Assembly (NCBI GenBank): GCA_003220155.1
Contig: QHRO01000239.1
Location: forward strand, 22 to 64,021
Reading direction: 5' to 3'
Source of the DNA: Verrucomicrobiota bacterium
GTDB taxonomy: Bacteria > Verrucomicrobiota > Verrucomicrobiia > Chthoniobacterales > UBA10450
DNA length: 64,000 nt
The position numbers and the translations under genes were made by a program. The stretch's first letter is position 1. Every line of letters starts with the position of its first letter. The notes under the pieces are model-generated. The model was not told the origin of the DNA and did no database searches. It saw nothing but the letters and a program-made list of their open reading frames with translations. Positions 33,569 to 43,033 of the stretch are shown one piece after another.

Positions 33569-35578
33569 TCAAATCGTCCCGGCGGCGCCGGCTTTCTCCC
33601 AACCAGGATCATGCGCCAGGGGAACGGTTGAGATTTTTCCCCTGGCGATGAGTTCCTCAGGTGTGTATTCCGGCGGCAATGGCGGCGGCGCGGATTTTGT
33701 TGCGCGCGCGGCGAAATCTTCCGGAAATTTCTCGACAAAACTTTGGGTGGGCCAGGCGCAGGCTTCTCCGAAGGCGCAGATGGTGCGGCCGGCAATGTTA
33801 TCCGCTACCGTTTTCAGAGTCGCTGGATCCTGCATCACCCCGCCGCCGAGCAGCATTCGATCCGTAATCTTTTTCATCCAGAGCGCGCCCTCACGGCAGG
33901 GGGTACATTGTCCACACGATTCGTGGGCATAGAACTCGTTAATGTTGTTAAGGGCCCAGACCATGTCACGCGAATCATCCAGCACAATGACGCCACCAGA
34001 GCCCGCCATCGAGCCGCAGGCAGCGAGGGAATCGAAATCCATCGGAATTTCATCGATGGAAATTTCACGCTCCAAGGTCGCGCCATCCCCTTGCTTCTCC
34101 TTTATTTTAAAGCGTTCGTCGGCACGCAATACCTTGGCCGAGCTTCCGCCGGGAATGACGGCTCGGAGTTGTCGCCCGAACTTCATCCCTCCGGCCATTT
34201 CATAGATCAACTGTCCCATCGTTACCGCGCCGACTTCGATCTCAAAGTAACCGGGACGGACTACGTCGCCGCTAACGCAAACAATCCGGGTGCCGGTATT
34301 GCCAGGCCGGCCAAGTCGCGAATATTCCGCGCCGCCCATCGCAATGATATGCTTCACGTGACAGAGCGTTTCGACGTTGTTGACGATGGTCGGACACATG
34401 TAGAGGCCCAGCGCTGCGGGGAAGTAAGGCGGTTTGATCCGCGGATACGCGCGCTTGCCTTCGAGCGATTCGATCAGCCCCGTTTCCTCACCGCAAATGT
34501 AGGCGCCGGCGCCGCGATGAATGAAGATTTCCACATCAAAATGGGAACCGAGAATATTCTCACCCAGAAATTTCTTCTCCCGCGCTTCCTCGATGGCGCG
34601 CTCGAGGATCTTCGCGCCCTCGGGAAATTCGCCCCTTATATATATGTAAGCGGTGTGGACATTGAGGGCATAACAGGAAATCAAGATACCCTCGAGCAGC
34701 TGGTGCGGATCCTGGTGAATGATGTAGCGGTCCTTGAACGTTCCGGGTTCCGATTCGTCCGCGTTGCAAATCAAATACACCGGCTTCTTCTCGTCAGGTT
34801 TGATAAAGCTCCACTTCACCCCGGTCGGGAAACCGGCGCCACCGCGTCCGCGCAACGCCGAAGTCTTAACCTCGTTAAGAATGTCCGTCCGCGACATGGT
34901 AACGGCCTTCTTCAACTGTTCGTAGCCGCCGTCATCCAGGTAACAATCGATGTTGGGCGTCCAATCCGGACAGCCGATGTTTTTGAAAACAAGCCGGTGT
35001 TCGAGAGGATGAGGTAAGGTTTGATGGGTGACGTTTGATCCGCCTTCGCCCGGCTCCGGCGCGATAGGTCTTTGATTGAGAAAAAGACCGGCCACTGAAT
35101 TAGGATCGACGTTTTCGTGTAATTCATCGTTGACCATGCAGACTGGGGCAGTGCCGCAGCTGGCCAAACATTCCACGAATTCGACACTAACTTTCCCATC
35201 CTTGCTAACGACAATTGGATCGTGAGCACCGTTGTGTCCGTGCCTAATGCCAGCGGTCGCACAAAGATTTTCCATAAGACGGTAGCTGCCAGCCATCGCA
35301 CAACTAAGTGTCCGACAAACGCGAATATGGGTTTTGGCCGCGCGTTTTTGCCGCAACATTGGATAGAAGGTTACCAACTCGAGAATGTTGATCAGCTGTA
35401 ACTCGAGCTTGCCCGAAATCCAATGAATACCCTCATCGCTGATGAAACCGAAATGTTCCTGCCAAAGATGCAGCAATGGCAAAGCCGCGCTTCGTTTTCG
35501 CTCGGGCGGGTATTGAGCAATGGCTGCGTTCACTCGCCGCGTCAATTCCGCCGGAATTTTGGTCGCGATCGAAGTCAT
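33569..35578 (-). CDS. nuoEF: Fused NADH-quinone oxidoreductase subunits E and F
   Basis: The N-terminal ~165 aa are NuoE-like (CRTLSCAMAGS...ECLASCGTAPVCMVN). The rest is NuoF-like (GRGGAGFPTGVKW, ESCGQCTPCREG) with a Pro-rich C-terminal tail. Confidence 0.88.
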   Translation of the reverse strand: MTSIATKIPAELTRRVNAAIAQYPPERKRSAALPLLHLWQEHFGFISDEGIHWISGKLELQLINILELVTFYPMLRQKRAAKTHIRVCRTLSCAMAGSYRLMENLCATAGIRHGHNGAHDPIVVSKDGKVSVEFVECLASCGTAPVCMVNDELHENVDPNSVAGLFLNQRPIAPEPGEGGSNVTHQTLPHPLEHRLVFKNIGCPDWTPNIDCYLDDGGYEQLKKAVTMSRTDILNEVKTSALRGRGGAGFPTGVKWSFIKPDEKKPVYLICNADESEPGTFKDRYIIHQDPHQLLEGILISCYALNVHTAYIYIRGEFPEGAKILERAIEEAREKKFLGENILGSHFDVEIFIHRGAGAYICGEETGLIESLEGKRAYPRIKPPYFPAALGLYMCPTIVNNVETLCHVKHIIAMGGAEYSRLGRPGNTGTRIVCVSGDVVRPGYFEIEVGAVTMGQLIYEMAGGMKFGRQLRAVIPGGSSAKVLRADERFKIKEKQGDGATLEREISIDEIPMDFDSLAACGSMAGSGGVIVLDDSRDMVWALNNINEFYAHESCGQCTPCREGALWMKKITDRMLLGGGVMQDPATLKTVADNIAGRTICAFGEACAWPTQSFVEKFPEDFAARATKSAPPPLPPEYTPEELIARGKISTVPLAHDPGWEKAGAAGTI

Positions 35579-35591
35579 ACGAATCGGTCGC

Positions 35592-35870
35592 CTATTTTGG
35601 AAGCGTGCTAGATTTTGCCGCTACCTTGTCGTCTTTAAACAACACCGTCACGGTGCCGTTAGGTTGGCGATAAAGATAAGTTGTGCGCTTTAGCAGCATG
35701 AAATCCTTGCTTTCGACGCTTGTCGGGGGGCCCAGGATTGATTCCACCTGCTTCTTACTCATCCCTTCGGTCACCTGGTCGACATTGGCCTGGGTGAGGC
35801 GTTGTCCACTGCATGAAAAGAGCGACGCGCTAACGAGAAGCCCGATAATCTGGTGGCGAACGCTCTTCAT
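35592..35870 (-). CDS. Small lipoprotein (SmpA/OmlA- or BamE-like fold suspected), paralogue 2
   Basis: Lipobox LFSC. LTQANVDQVTEGMSKKQVESILGPPTSVESKD. Confidence 0.6.
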   Translation of the reverse strand: MKSVRHQIIGLLVSASLFSCSGQRLTQANVDQVTEGMSKKQVESILGPPTSVESKDFMLLKRTTYLYRQPNGTVTVLFKDDKVAAKSSTLPK

Positions 35871-36163
35871 TGTCTGCCAAGATTGGTGTCCTTACTATCC
35901 ACTTCGTCGTTCTTAAACGTGATCTGGGCGAACTTCCGTCCGTCTTCGTAACGCCAGATCGTCTTCTTGAAGACGAGCATGTCTTTCGTCTCCATCGACG
36001 TTGGTGGTCCCAAGATTTTTTCCACCTGTGCCTTGCTCATGCCAGTAGTGATCTGGTTGTAATTGTCGAGGGTCAGCTTCGATCCGGTCAGGAGATTGCG
36101 GTTGCACGCGGCCAAAACCAGGATCGCCAAAAGTGCTACCGAGATTATTTTCATCGATCGCAT
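35867..36163 (-). CDS. Small lipoprotein (SmpA/OmlA- or BamE-like fold suspected), paralogue 1
   Basis: Lipobox LAAC. LTLDNYNQITTGMSKAQVEKILGPPTSMETKD. It overlaps the nuoD stop by 13 nt and the next gene by 4 nt. Confidence 0.6.
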   Translation of the reverse strand: MRSMKIISVALLAILVLAACNRNLLTGSKLTLDNYNQITTGMSKAQVEKILGPPTSMETKDMLVFKKTIWRYEDGRKFAQITFKNDEVDSKDTNLGRQ

Positions 36164-37422
36164 TCTCCCATTACGAAATCTAAACTGCCTAAAATCGCCA
36201 CCACATCACTCATCATGCAACCCGGCAGCAATTCCGACAGGATGCTGAGGTTGACAAACGATGGCGCGCGAATTTTGAGCCGGTGTGGAACACCACCGCC
36301 ACGGCTATTGATGTAAAAACCGAGCTCACCCTTCGGGTTCTCGGCCGCGAAATAAATTTCACCCGGCGGCGCTTTCAAACCTTCAGTCACGACAATGAAA
36401 TGGTGAATCAACTCTTCCATCTTTGTCATCACCCGCGATTTCGGCGGCAACATATTTTTCCAGTCGGCCACGTTGATCGGGCCGCTTGGCAATTTGTCGA
36501 TCACCTGACATAGAATTTTCGCGCTCTGCCGCATCTCTTCGATCCGGACTAGATAGCGATCATAGCAATCGCCTGTCGTTCCGGTCACTACTTCGAAATC
36601 ATATTGATCGTAATCGAGATAAGGATGTTTTCGCCGCAAATCGTGTTCGATTCCGCTGCCACGCAGGTTCGGGCCCGACAGCGCATAAGCGACGGCGCGG
36701 TCTCGCGGGATCACGCCGATGTCGCGAGTGCGATCGACAAAAATGCGGTTGCGCGTTAGGAGATTATCGCATTCATCAAGCTTGGGGCCAAACGTCTCGA
36801 GGAATTTTGCCAATTGCGGAATGAAATTCGCTGGCAAATCGCGAATCTGTCCGCCAACGCGGGTGTAGCTGGTTGTGAAACGCGCGCCGGTTAGCAATTC
36901 ACACAAGTCGTAGATTTTTTCGCGTTCCTCAAAAGTATACAGAAACACCGTCATCGCGCCGAGATCGAGCGCCATCGCGCCCAGGCCCATCAGATGGGCG
37001 GAAATACGGGCGAGTTCGCAGCAGATCACGCGAATGGCTTTGCCGCGTGGCGGAATTTCCCAGTCCATCAATTTTTCCACCGCCAGGGCGTAAGCGACAT
37101 TGTTGGCGAGCGGTGCGAGATAATCGAGACGGTCAGTGTAGGGAACAAACTGGTTGTATTGCATGTTCTCCGCGATTTTTTCGTCGCCACGATGAAGGAA
37201 TCCGACGTCCGGGGTCGCTTTGGTGATGATCTCGCCATCAAGTTCGAGTACCAGTCGCAACACCCCGTGAGTGGCCGGGTGCGATGGTCCCATGTTGAGC
37301 ACCATCTTTTCGCCGATGTCATCGCCCGCTTGCTCAGCCTGTTGATTACGCATCGCCGCATCCGCCGCGACCACGCGAGTCACCGGATCAGGATTCTCAA
37401 TTTCGCGCGTGGTAAAGGGCAT
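36151..37422 (-). CDS. nuoD: NADH-quinone oxidoreductase subunit D
   Basis: LNMGPSHPATHGVLRLVLELDGE...GFLHRG...C-terminal DFVMGECDR. Confidence 0.9.
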   Translation of the reverse strand: MPFTTREIENPDPVTRVVAADAAMRNQQAEQAGDDIGEKMVLNMGPSHPATHGVLRLVLELDGEIITKATPDVGFLHRGDEKIAENMQYNQFVPYTDRLDYLAPLANNVAYALAVEKLMDWEIPPRGKAIRVICCELARISAHLMGLGAMALDLGAMTVFLYTFEEREKIYDLCELLTGARFTTSYTRVGGQIRDLPANFIPQLAKFLETFGPKLDECDNLLTRNRIFVDRTRDIGVIPRDRAVAYALSGPNLRGSGIEHDLRRKHPYLDYDQYDFEVVTGTTGDCYDRYLVRIEEMRQSAKILCQVIDKLPSGPINVADWKNMLPPKSRVMTKMEELIHHFIVVTEGLKAPPGEIYFAAENPKGELGFYINSRGGGVPHRLKIRAPSFVNLSILSELLPGCMMSDVVAILGSLDFVMGECDR

Positions 37423-37825
37423 AGCGGGGGCGTGTGTTTATGCTCGCGAGTCGCGTCGCGCGCGCAAGCGCAAAAGGTCGGAGCCAGCAATCCGAGGCAC
37501 TCAAGCTATCGTCGGTGTATACGAACCTCGCCAGGAAATTTTTCGGACCGGTTCCCCCAAGGCGGCCTTGCTTGATCCAGTCGCGACCTGCTCTATCGGG
37601 GAAAAATGCGCCGTGATGATCTGGGGCACGCGCTGCCAATCTGTAGCGAGAATCTGGAGGTATATTCGGGAGTGGCTCCTACACCATTTTAGCTTGGGAA
37701 TCAAGGGCTTACACAGCTGAAGAAGGCCACTGCAGATTTTCCTTCCCGGTAGAGGCGGCTTTGCTATAATTTCTATAAGTTAATACCAATTGCCCCCTCA
37801 AAGGCAGCAGTGTCGTCCCACTTCC

Positions 37826-38269
37826 ATGAAAACTCGCATCGCCCGCCATGTGGCAATTTATCTTTTTATCGCCCTCAGCGGCTATGGCATTGGTGCTTGT
37901 CGCCAGAATGTGACGCTTAATCCGAGTGAGGACGATCTCCTCGTCCTCAACGGTTGCGTCGTCTCGGCTTGCAACTATCTGGCAGCAATCAAAACCCAGC
38001 ACACCTTGGAGAAAAACTTTTGGGCGAAAATTCTTCTGGTCCGTTATGCCAACCATCCAGCCGGCCACGCCTATTGCGTTTGGGAAACGGACGGCACGGT
38101 CTACGGATACGATCGGAACGCCGGCGGCTTCCTTATTCCGGTTTACACCCGGGACGCAAAATCAATTGCGATTGTTTTGGCTCAGGAATTATCGAAGCAT
38201 CTTCACGAGAACCTCTCAGTGAGCCACGCGGATTTCGTGCAGCCGTCGAGCAAGGTGTACCGCTTCTAG
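37826..38269 (+). CDS. Hypothetical lipoprotein
   Basis: MKTRIARHVAIYLFIALSGYGIGAC lipobox. Conserved-looking Cys (VSACNYL) and His (AGHAYCVWE). No family assigned. Confidence 0.4.
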   Translation: MKTRIARHVAIYLFIALSGYGIGACRQNVTLNPSEDDLLVLNGCVVSACNYLAAIKTQHTLEKNFWAKILLVRYANHPAGHAYCVWETDGTVYGYDRNAGGFLIPVYTRDAKSIAIVLAQELSKHLHENLSVSHADFVQPSSKVYRF

Positions 38270-38325
38270 CGCCTTTCCAACAAGGTCGGGCGGCGAGTTT
38301 TCGGTTCCCGCCGCCCCTCGCCCTG

Positions 38326-38352
38326 CCCTCTCTCCTCGTGGAGGAGAGAGGG
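38326..38352. repeat. 12-bp/3-nt-loop hairpin, CCCTCTC family
   Basis: CCCTCTCTCCTC GTG GAGGAGAGAGGG followed by TTAAGGTGCGG. Confidence 0.75.
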
Positions 38353-38482
38353 TTAAGGTGCGGTGAATCGTGTGTCACTATCGCCCCAGCAGCTGACTGC
38401 TTTAACCAGTCAAGTTTCCCATGCTGCTACCCAAACTGGAGTTTGGGAACGAGACTAAGAAACGGACCGTTGCCCTGAACGG

Positions 38483-39088
38483 CTAACGACTCTCAGGCTT
38501 CGCGTCGCTCCACTTCTTCTTCTCAAACGCTTTTCGCCCGGAACCAACCTCAAACATCTCAAACTCGGTCGGTTTCTGCTGATAATATTTTTGATGATAC
38601 TCTTCCGCCGGCCAGAATTTCATTGCCGGCAGAATCTCGGTTACAATCGGTTTATCGAACCGGCCGGAAGCGGCCAGTTTCGCTTTTGATGCTTCCGCAA
38701 TTTTTCTCTCTTCGTCGTTCTGCACAAAGATAGCGGCACGATAGCTCGGTCCGATATCGGTGAACTGGCCGTCCGATTGCGTGGGATTGATCTGCCGCCA
38801 GTAAATGTCGAGTAACTGATCGATGTTAATTTTCGCGGGATCGTAAGTGATTTCGATCGATTCGCGATAGTTCGTCTTTTCCGAACCGACAAGTGCGTAA
38901 GTCGGGTTCGGTTCCGTCCCGCCGCAATAACCGACGACCGTCTTAATCACGCCCGGCGCCTTATCGAAAGCCGGCTGGATACACCAGAAGCAGCCGCCGG
39001 CGAAGACAGCGGTGCGCGATTGCGGGAGCGGATTGGCCATGAGCAGCTGCGTGAGGAAAACATGAGCCAGTAGAACGAGGCGTTTCAT
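38483..39088 (-). CDS. msrA: Peptide-methionine (S)-S-oxide reductase, secreted
   Basis: GGCFWCIQPAF active-site block, YHQKYY, and an N-terminal signal peptide. Confidence 0.9.
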   Translation of the reverse strand: MKRLVLLAHVFLTQLLMANPLPQSRTAVFAGGCFWCIQPAFDKAPGVIKTVVGYCGGTEPNPTYALVGSEKTNYRESIEITYDPAKINIDQLLDIYWRQINPTQSDGQFTDIGPSYRAAIFVQNDEERKIAEASKAKLAASGRFDKPIVTEILPAMKFWPAEEYHQKYYQQKPTEFEMFEVGSGRKAFEKKKWSDAKPESR

Positions 39089-39199
39089 GGGGAATTAGAC
39101 AGCGCGCGTGCGTGAATGTTTCAAGTAGGAACGGTCCACTAAACGTCACCAGAAAACGCAGTGATCACTACCGACCCGCTTTATCCTCGGTTCAGCAAC

Positions 39200-39556
39200 T
39201 CACAAGTCGCGGAAATTCTTGTTGGGTGTGAGCCAGGAGGCATCCGGTGTCAGGCCTTGCGCGCGAGCCGCGTTATAAAGCGCGACCATCTCGTCCACTA
39301 CCAGGTGCAGCGCATCGCCTTCGCTATCGCTCTCATCAGCATGGGCGGTCGGCGCAGGAGCTGCGACCTGCGGGATCGATAGATCGTGACTTCGCCGCAC
39401 AACAAGTCTGCCGGAGTGAAGCGGGCGATAAAGCCGCAGAATAATTTCAGTCGGAATATCGCGGAGGCGAAATCGAAACTCCGATGTGAACATCATGGCC
39501 TCTCGCACTGCAGGATCGGTAAGCGCCTCTTCTCTGCTCCAGCTCATGAATGGCAA
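39200..39556 (-). CDS. Hypothetical protein
   Basis: 118-aa ORF. No family recognised. Confidence 0.3.
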   Translation of the reverse strand: MPFMSWSREEALTDPAVREAMMFTSEFRFRLRDIPTEIILRLYRPLHSGRLVVRRSHDLSIPQVAAPAPTAHADESDSEGDALHLVVDEMVALYNAARAQGLTPDASWLTPNKNFRDL

Positions 39557-39609
39557 TTTAATCCGGGACAGCGTCTTCTCGCAATAACGATCTGGAAATC
39601 AAGGCGAAG

Positions 39610-40287
39610 ATGCGAGCGATTATGGTCGATTCGCAGGCCGCCAGGCTGGAAACTTGCCCACCTAACATGCGAGGTCGAGCGAGACTGAACACAAACGAGG
39701 CCGCCGTCGAATATGTACCGAAATCTCTGACCAGCGCGCTGGAGTTCGACAGAATTTTTTCGCATTTTGCGTCGGTCGAGATCGATCTCGGCTGCGGCGA
39801 CGGCACTTTTCTCACCGCCATGGCGCGAGAAAACCCGAAGCACAATTTTCTCGGGATCGAACGGCTGCTTGGACGTGTGCGCAGTGTTTGCCGCAAAGTT
39901 GCGCGGTTGGATTTAAAGAATGCGCGGGTCTTGCGAATGGAATCTTCCTATGCGGTAACGAACTTGTTGCCCGCCGGGTCTGTTACGGCGTTTCATCTTT
40001 TATTTCCCGATCCATGGCCAAAACGGCGACATCATCGCCGACGCGCTTTCACCCACGAATTTCTGTTCTCGATTCATCGCGCTCTGATTGCCGAAGGATT
40101 ATTTAACATTGCCACGGATCACACGGAATATTTTCAGCAGATCGAAAAGGTCGTCGCCGAGACCGACATATTTGTCATCTCGCGCGAGCAAAAGAATTTT
40201 CCGTCCACTACCTTCGAACAGAAATTAGTCGCTCGCGGGCTTCCCGTTCATCGACTGCTGCTGCGAAAAGTTTCGCCGCTTAAGTAA
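39610..40287 (+). CDS. trmB: tRNA (guanine-N7)-methyltransferase
   Basis: EIDLGCGDGTFL, NFLGIERL, HLLFPDPWPKRRHHRRR. The start is uncertain. Confidence 0.85.
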   Translation: MRAIMVDSQAARLETCPPNMRGRARLNTNEAAVEYVPKSLTSALEFDRIFSHFASVEIDLGCGDGTFLTAMARENPKHNFLGIERLLGRVRSVCRKVARLDLKNARVLRMESSYAVTNLLPAGSVTAFHLLFPDPWPKRRHHRRRAFTHEFLFSIHRALIAEGLFNIATDHTEYFQQIEKVVAETDIFVISREQKNFPSTTFEQKLVARGLPVHRLLLRKVSPLK

Positions 40288-42536
40288 GCCCGTGCTGTCC
40301 ATTCTTCATCGCCAAACTGAACCTCGACCGCACCGGTCTGGTCCTGGCGGAAAAGTTTGATGCCGCGATGCGCGATTTCATTCGCCCATTCCTCGGTGAT
40401 CTGTTCGGCAACGGGAGACTCGCGGGAGGTGGCAACGATAAGTTTCGGCTTTACTGCCTCCAGAAATCGAGGTGTAGCTGACCCGCCAGAATGATGCTGA
40501 CCCTTGATCAAAATGTCGCTCTGCAAATTGTCACCTGTTTCGAGCAGGGCCGCTTCCGCCTTCGCGCCCGCATCGGACTCGAAAAGGACGCGTATTTCTT
40601 CGTCAAAGACGAGCTGTACAATCAATGGCGCGTCGTCCGCCGCAGTAACTTTAATGTTTGTCGTCGGGTAAAGTATCTCCGCGCGCACGTTGCGGCCAAA
40701 GAGGAGCGAATCGCCACGAATTAGGTGTCGTGGTTTTGTTTTCCCGGGCTGAAGCGCATCCGATAACCGGCGTTGGACAGCGGACCGAACATCAAGCGGG
40801 TTCTCATAGATTTCGCGCGGCGCGAAATCAGCGACCGTGTCAGCGGCACCGCCGATGTGTTGCGCATCTCCGTGAGTGAGCAGAATTCCTTCGATGCGAT
40901 TGATGCCACGGCTGTGCAGGAACGACTTCAGCGTACGTTCGTAATTGCGTTGGCTACCACAATCGATCAACCAATCGTAATTATTCGTGCGGATGTGCGC
41001 GGCACCGCCAGTTCCTTCGTCGAGAACGGTGATCGTGATCGGCGCATGCCGCTCAGTGAATCGCGCCAGGTAGACATGCCCCGCCGGTAGCATGGCAAAG
41101 AAATGGACGAGGCCGAGGACAGCGCGCGACATCAACCAATTGGCATTATTGAAGAGAATTGAGAGAGCGGAGGAAATCGGCGCGGCCATGAGCGACAACA
41201 TGGCGAGCGCGAGAACGAAATAAGCGATCGGTACTACCACGAGATTGGCGAAGAGAGATACCGGCGTGACGAGATAAAAATACCAATAGATAAGCAGCAG
41301 CGATCCAATCCAGGCCGCCAGCGAAACCGATGCAGCGCGAGCGAGACCGCGGCCTACCGCAGCAAAGAATCGCCGCGGCCGACTCAATAACAGACGTGGC
41401 AAAAATGGATCCGGGGCAACGATTCGTTCAAAGCGAACAAACATTGGATCGGCCAACAGCACGATGGCGCCCACCACGGCGAATGACAGTTGAAACCCGC
41501 TCGTAAAAAGCTGGTTTGAATCGAATAGTAAAATGAGAAATGCGGCCGCAGCCAGGCTGTTGAGAGCGAGAACTTTTCGATCAAAGAAGATTCCACCGAG
41601 CAGAAGCGCGCTCATGACCGCGGCTCGGACGCTCGCGGTATGCAGACCGGTGATGGCAGCGTAGAAAAAAAGCAGAGGAATGATGAGAGCGGTCGCAACC
41701 TTGCGCGGCAGGCGTAGGACCATCGCGAACGTCCAAAGTAATCTCGCGACAATGCCAACGTGCAAGCCAGCAACGGCAAACAAATGCAACGTTCCCGTTT
41801 GTTGAAATGGCTCCTCGATATCATCGTGCGTTTGATGACGAAGCCCGAGGGAAGTGCCGCAAATGAGGCTGACAACATCCGGGGAATCTTCGAGGTCGCG
41901 ACTGAGCATGCGTTGCATCCATTCGCGTGAACGCGCCGCCACCCGCAGGATGGAGAATCCACTGCCCGGCGCGAGAATCCGACCATTTTCCGGATAGCGA
42001 ACGATGAATAAATTTTTCACATCGCGTCGCGCAAGGTAGGCACGCATGTCGAATTCACCGGGATTTCGCGGTGGCTCGATTGGTTGGAAAGTTCCAAAAA
42101 GCGCCAGTTCGTCACCGACATTCGGCCGGCCTCGCCAGCGAACAAAAACCGTCGCGTTCGTTTGAAAATCCTGGCCATTGATTCTGGCTTTATGCAATCT
42201 CAAAAGGAAACTGGCGTTGCCGGTCGCTTCGATTTTTGGTTCGGTGGTGACAATGCCGATCACGTTTGCAGGACGCGTCTCTGCTCCGGCGATTTGAACA
42301 AGCTCATCGCCTGGTGTGTTGGCGATTCGCGCACTGTGCAGCGCGAAAAATGTCGCGCCGACCAGCGCAAAAACGAGCGGCGCAAAACTCCAGCGCAACC
42401 CTGCCAGTGCGCCTAGAATCGCAATGAACAGGATCGGGCCGGTGATCGCAGAAAAATAATCGGCGGCGACGATACCGGTCACCGCAGCCAAAACGAGTCC
42501 GACAAATGGCTGCCGCATCACGCCGCGGTCGATCAA
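40248..42536 (-). CDS. comEC: ComEC/Rec2 DNA internalisation protein
   Basis: 762 aa. Polytopic competence domain (LHLFAVAGLHVG) plus a C-terminal metallo-beta-lactamase domain (LLTHGDAQHIGG). Confidence 0.85.
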   Translation of the reverse strand: MIDRGVMRQPFVGLVLAAVTGIVAADYFSAITGPILFIAILGALAGLRWSFAPLVFALVGATFFALHSARIANTPGDELVQIAGAETRPANVIGIVTTEPKIEATGNASFLLRLHKARINGQDFQTNATVFVRWRGRPNVGDELALFGTFQPIEPPRNPGEFDMRAYLARRDVKNLFIVRYPENGRILAPGSGFSILRVAARSREWMQRMLSRDLEDSPDVVSLICGTSLGLRHQTHDDIEEPFQQTGTLHLFAVAGLHVGIVARLLWTFAMVLRLPRKVATALIIPLLFFYAAITGLHTASVRAAVMSALLLGGIFFDRKVLALNSLAAAAFLILLFDSNQLFTSGFQLSFAVVGAIVLLADPMFVRFERIVAPDPFLPRLLLSRPRRFFAAVGRGLARAASVSLAAWIGSLLLIYWYFYLVTPVSLFANLVVVPIAYFVLALAMLSLMAAPISSALSILFNNANWLMSRAVLGLVHFFAMLPAGHVYLARFTERHAPITITVLDEGTGGAAHIRTNNYDWLIDCGSQRNYERTLKSFLHSRGINRIEGILLTHGDAQHIGGAADTVADFAPREIYENPLDVRSAVQRRLSDALQPGKTKPRHLIRGDSLLFGRNVRAEILYPTTNIKVTAADDAPLIVQLVFDEEIRVLFESDAGAKAEAALLETGDNLQSDILIKGQHHSGGSATPRFLEAVKPKLIVATSRESPVAEQITEEWANEIAHRGIKLFRQDQTGAVEVQFGDEEWTARAYLSGETFRSSSR

Positions 42537-43012
42537 TCGCTCACGACGAGATCGAGCTTAACGTCGTACCGGTCGAGCGGAAGCGATTCGACGATCTGAA
42601 AACTAAAAGCGATCCCGATTTTAATGGCGCGCGCGGCGCGATGAGCAAGAAAGCGATCGAAAAAGCCGGCACCCCGTCCGATCCGCGCCCCTGCGCGCGT
42701 GAAAGCGATCCCGGGCACGAGGACAAGGTCGATCGGCGCGAAAATCGCAACATCGTGCTGACCGCGTGCGGTCGGCAAAATCACGATGATTTCGCTGCCG
42801 CGCCGGCGCAAGTCCGCGCTCAATGGCGCGATCTCAGGTTCGTAAGGAAACGGTTCGAAGACGACAACCACTCGGGCCCGCTTCCAAACCGGCAGCTCGA
42901 GCACGCGGTTACAGATTTTTAACGATCGGCCGCGCCGATCTTCCGCATCGAGCGTCCGCAACTGTTCCTGCATGTGTGCCCGGAGCTCCTGCTTGGATTC
43001 ATCGATGTTCAT
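42533..43012 (-). CDS. 5-formyltetrahydrofolate cyclo-ligase
   Basis: LVLVPGIAFTRAGARIGRGAGFFDRFL. 4-nt overlap with comEC. Confidence 0.8.
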   Translation of the reverse strand: MNIDESKQELRAHMQEQLRTLDAEDRRGRSLKICNRVLELPVWKRARVVVVFEPFPYEPEIAPLSADLRRRGSEIIVILPTARGQHDVAIFAPIDLVLVPGIAFTRAGARIGRGAGFFDRFLAHRAARAIKIGIAFSFQIVESLPLDRYDVKLDLVVSD

Positions 43013-43033
43013 CGCGGCAAAATTTTTTGAACT

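Noticed and set aside
33743-35017. 424-aa plus-strand ORF, and many other long ORFs antisense to real genes (for example 10932-11657, 13033-13563, 25827-26402, 30681-31319, 43151-43756, 49490-50326, 57664-58356).
   Set aside because: They lie entirely inside, and antisense or out of frame to, genes with clear family signatures (nuoEF, the SGNH hydrolase, Dop/PafA, nuoM, nuoH, the MBL hydrolase and others). Their products are Arg/Ala/Gly/Pro-rich, as expected for shadow ORFs.
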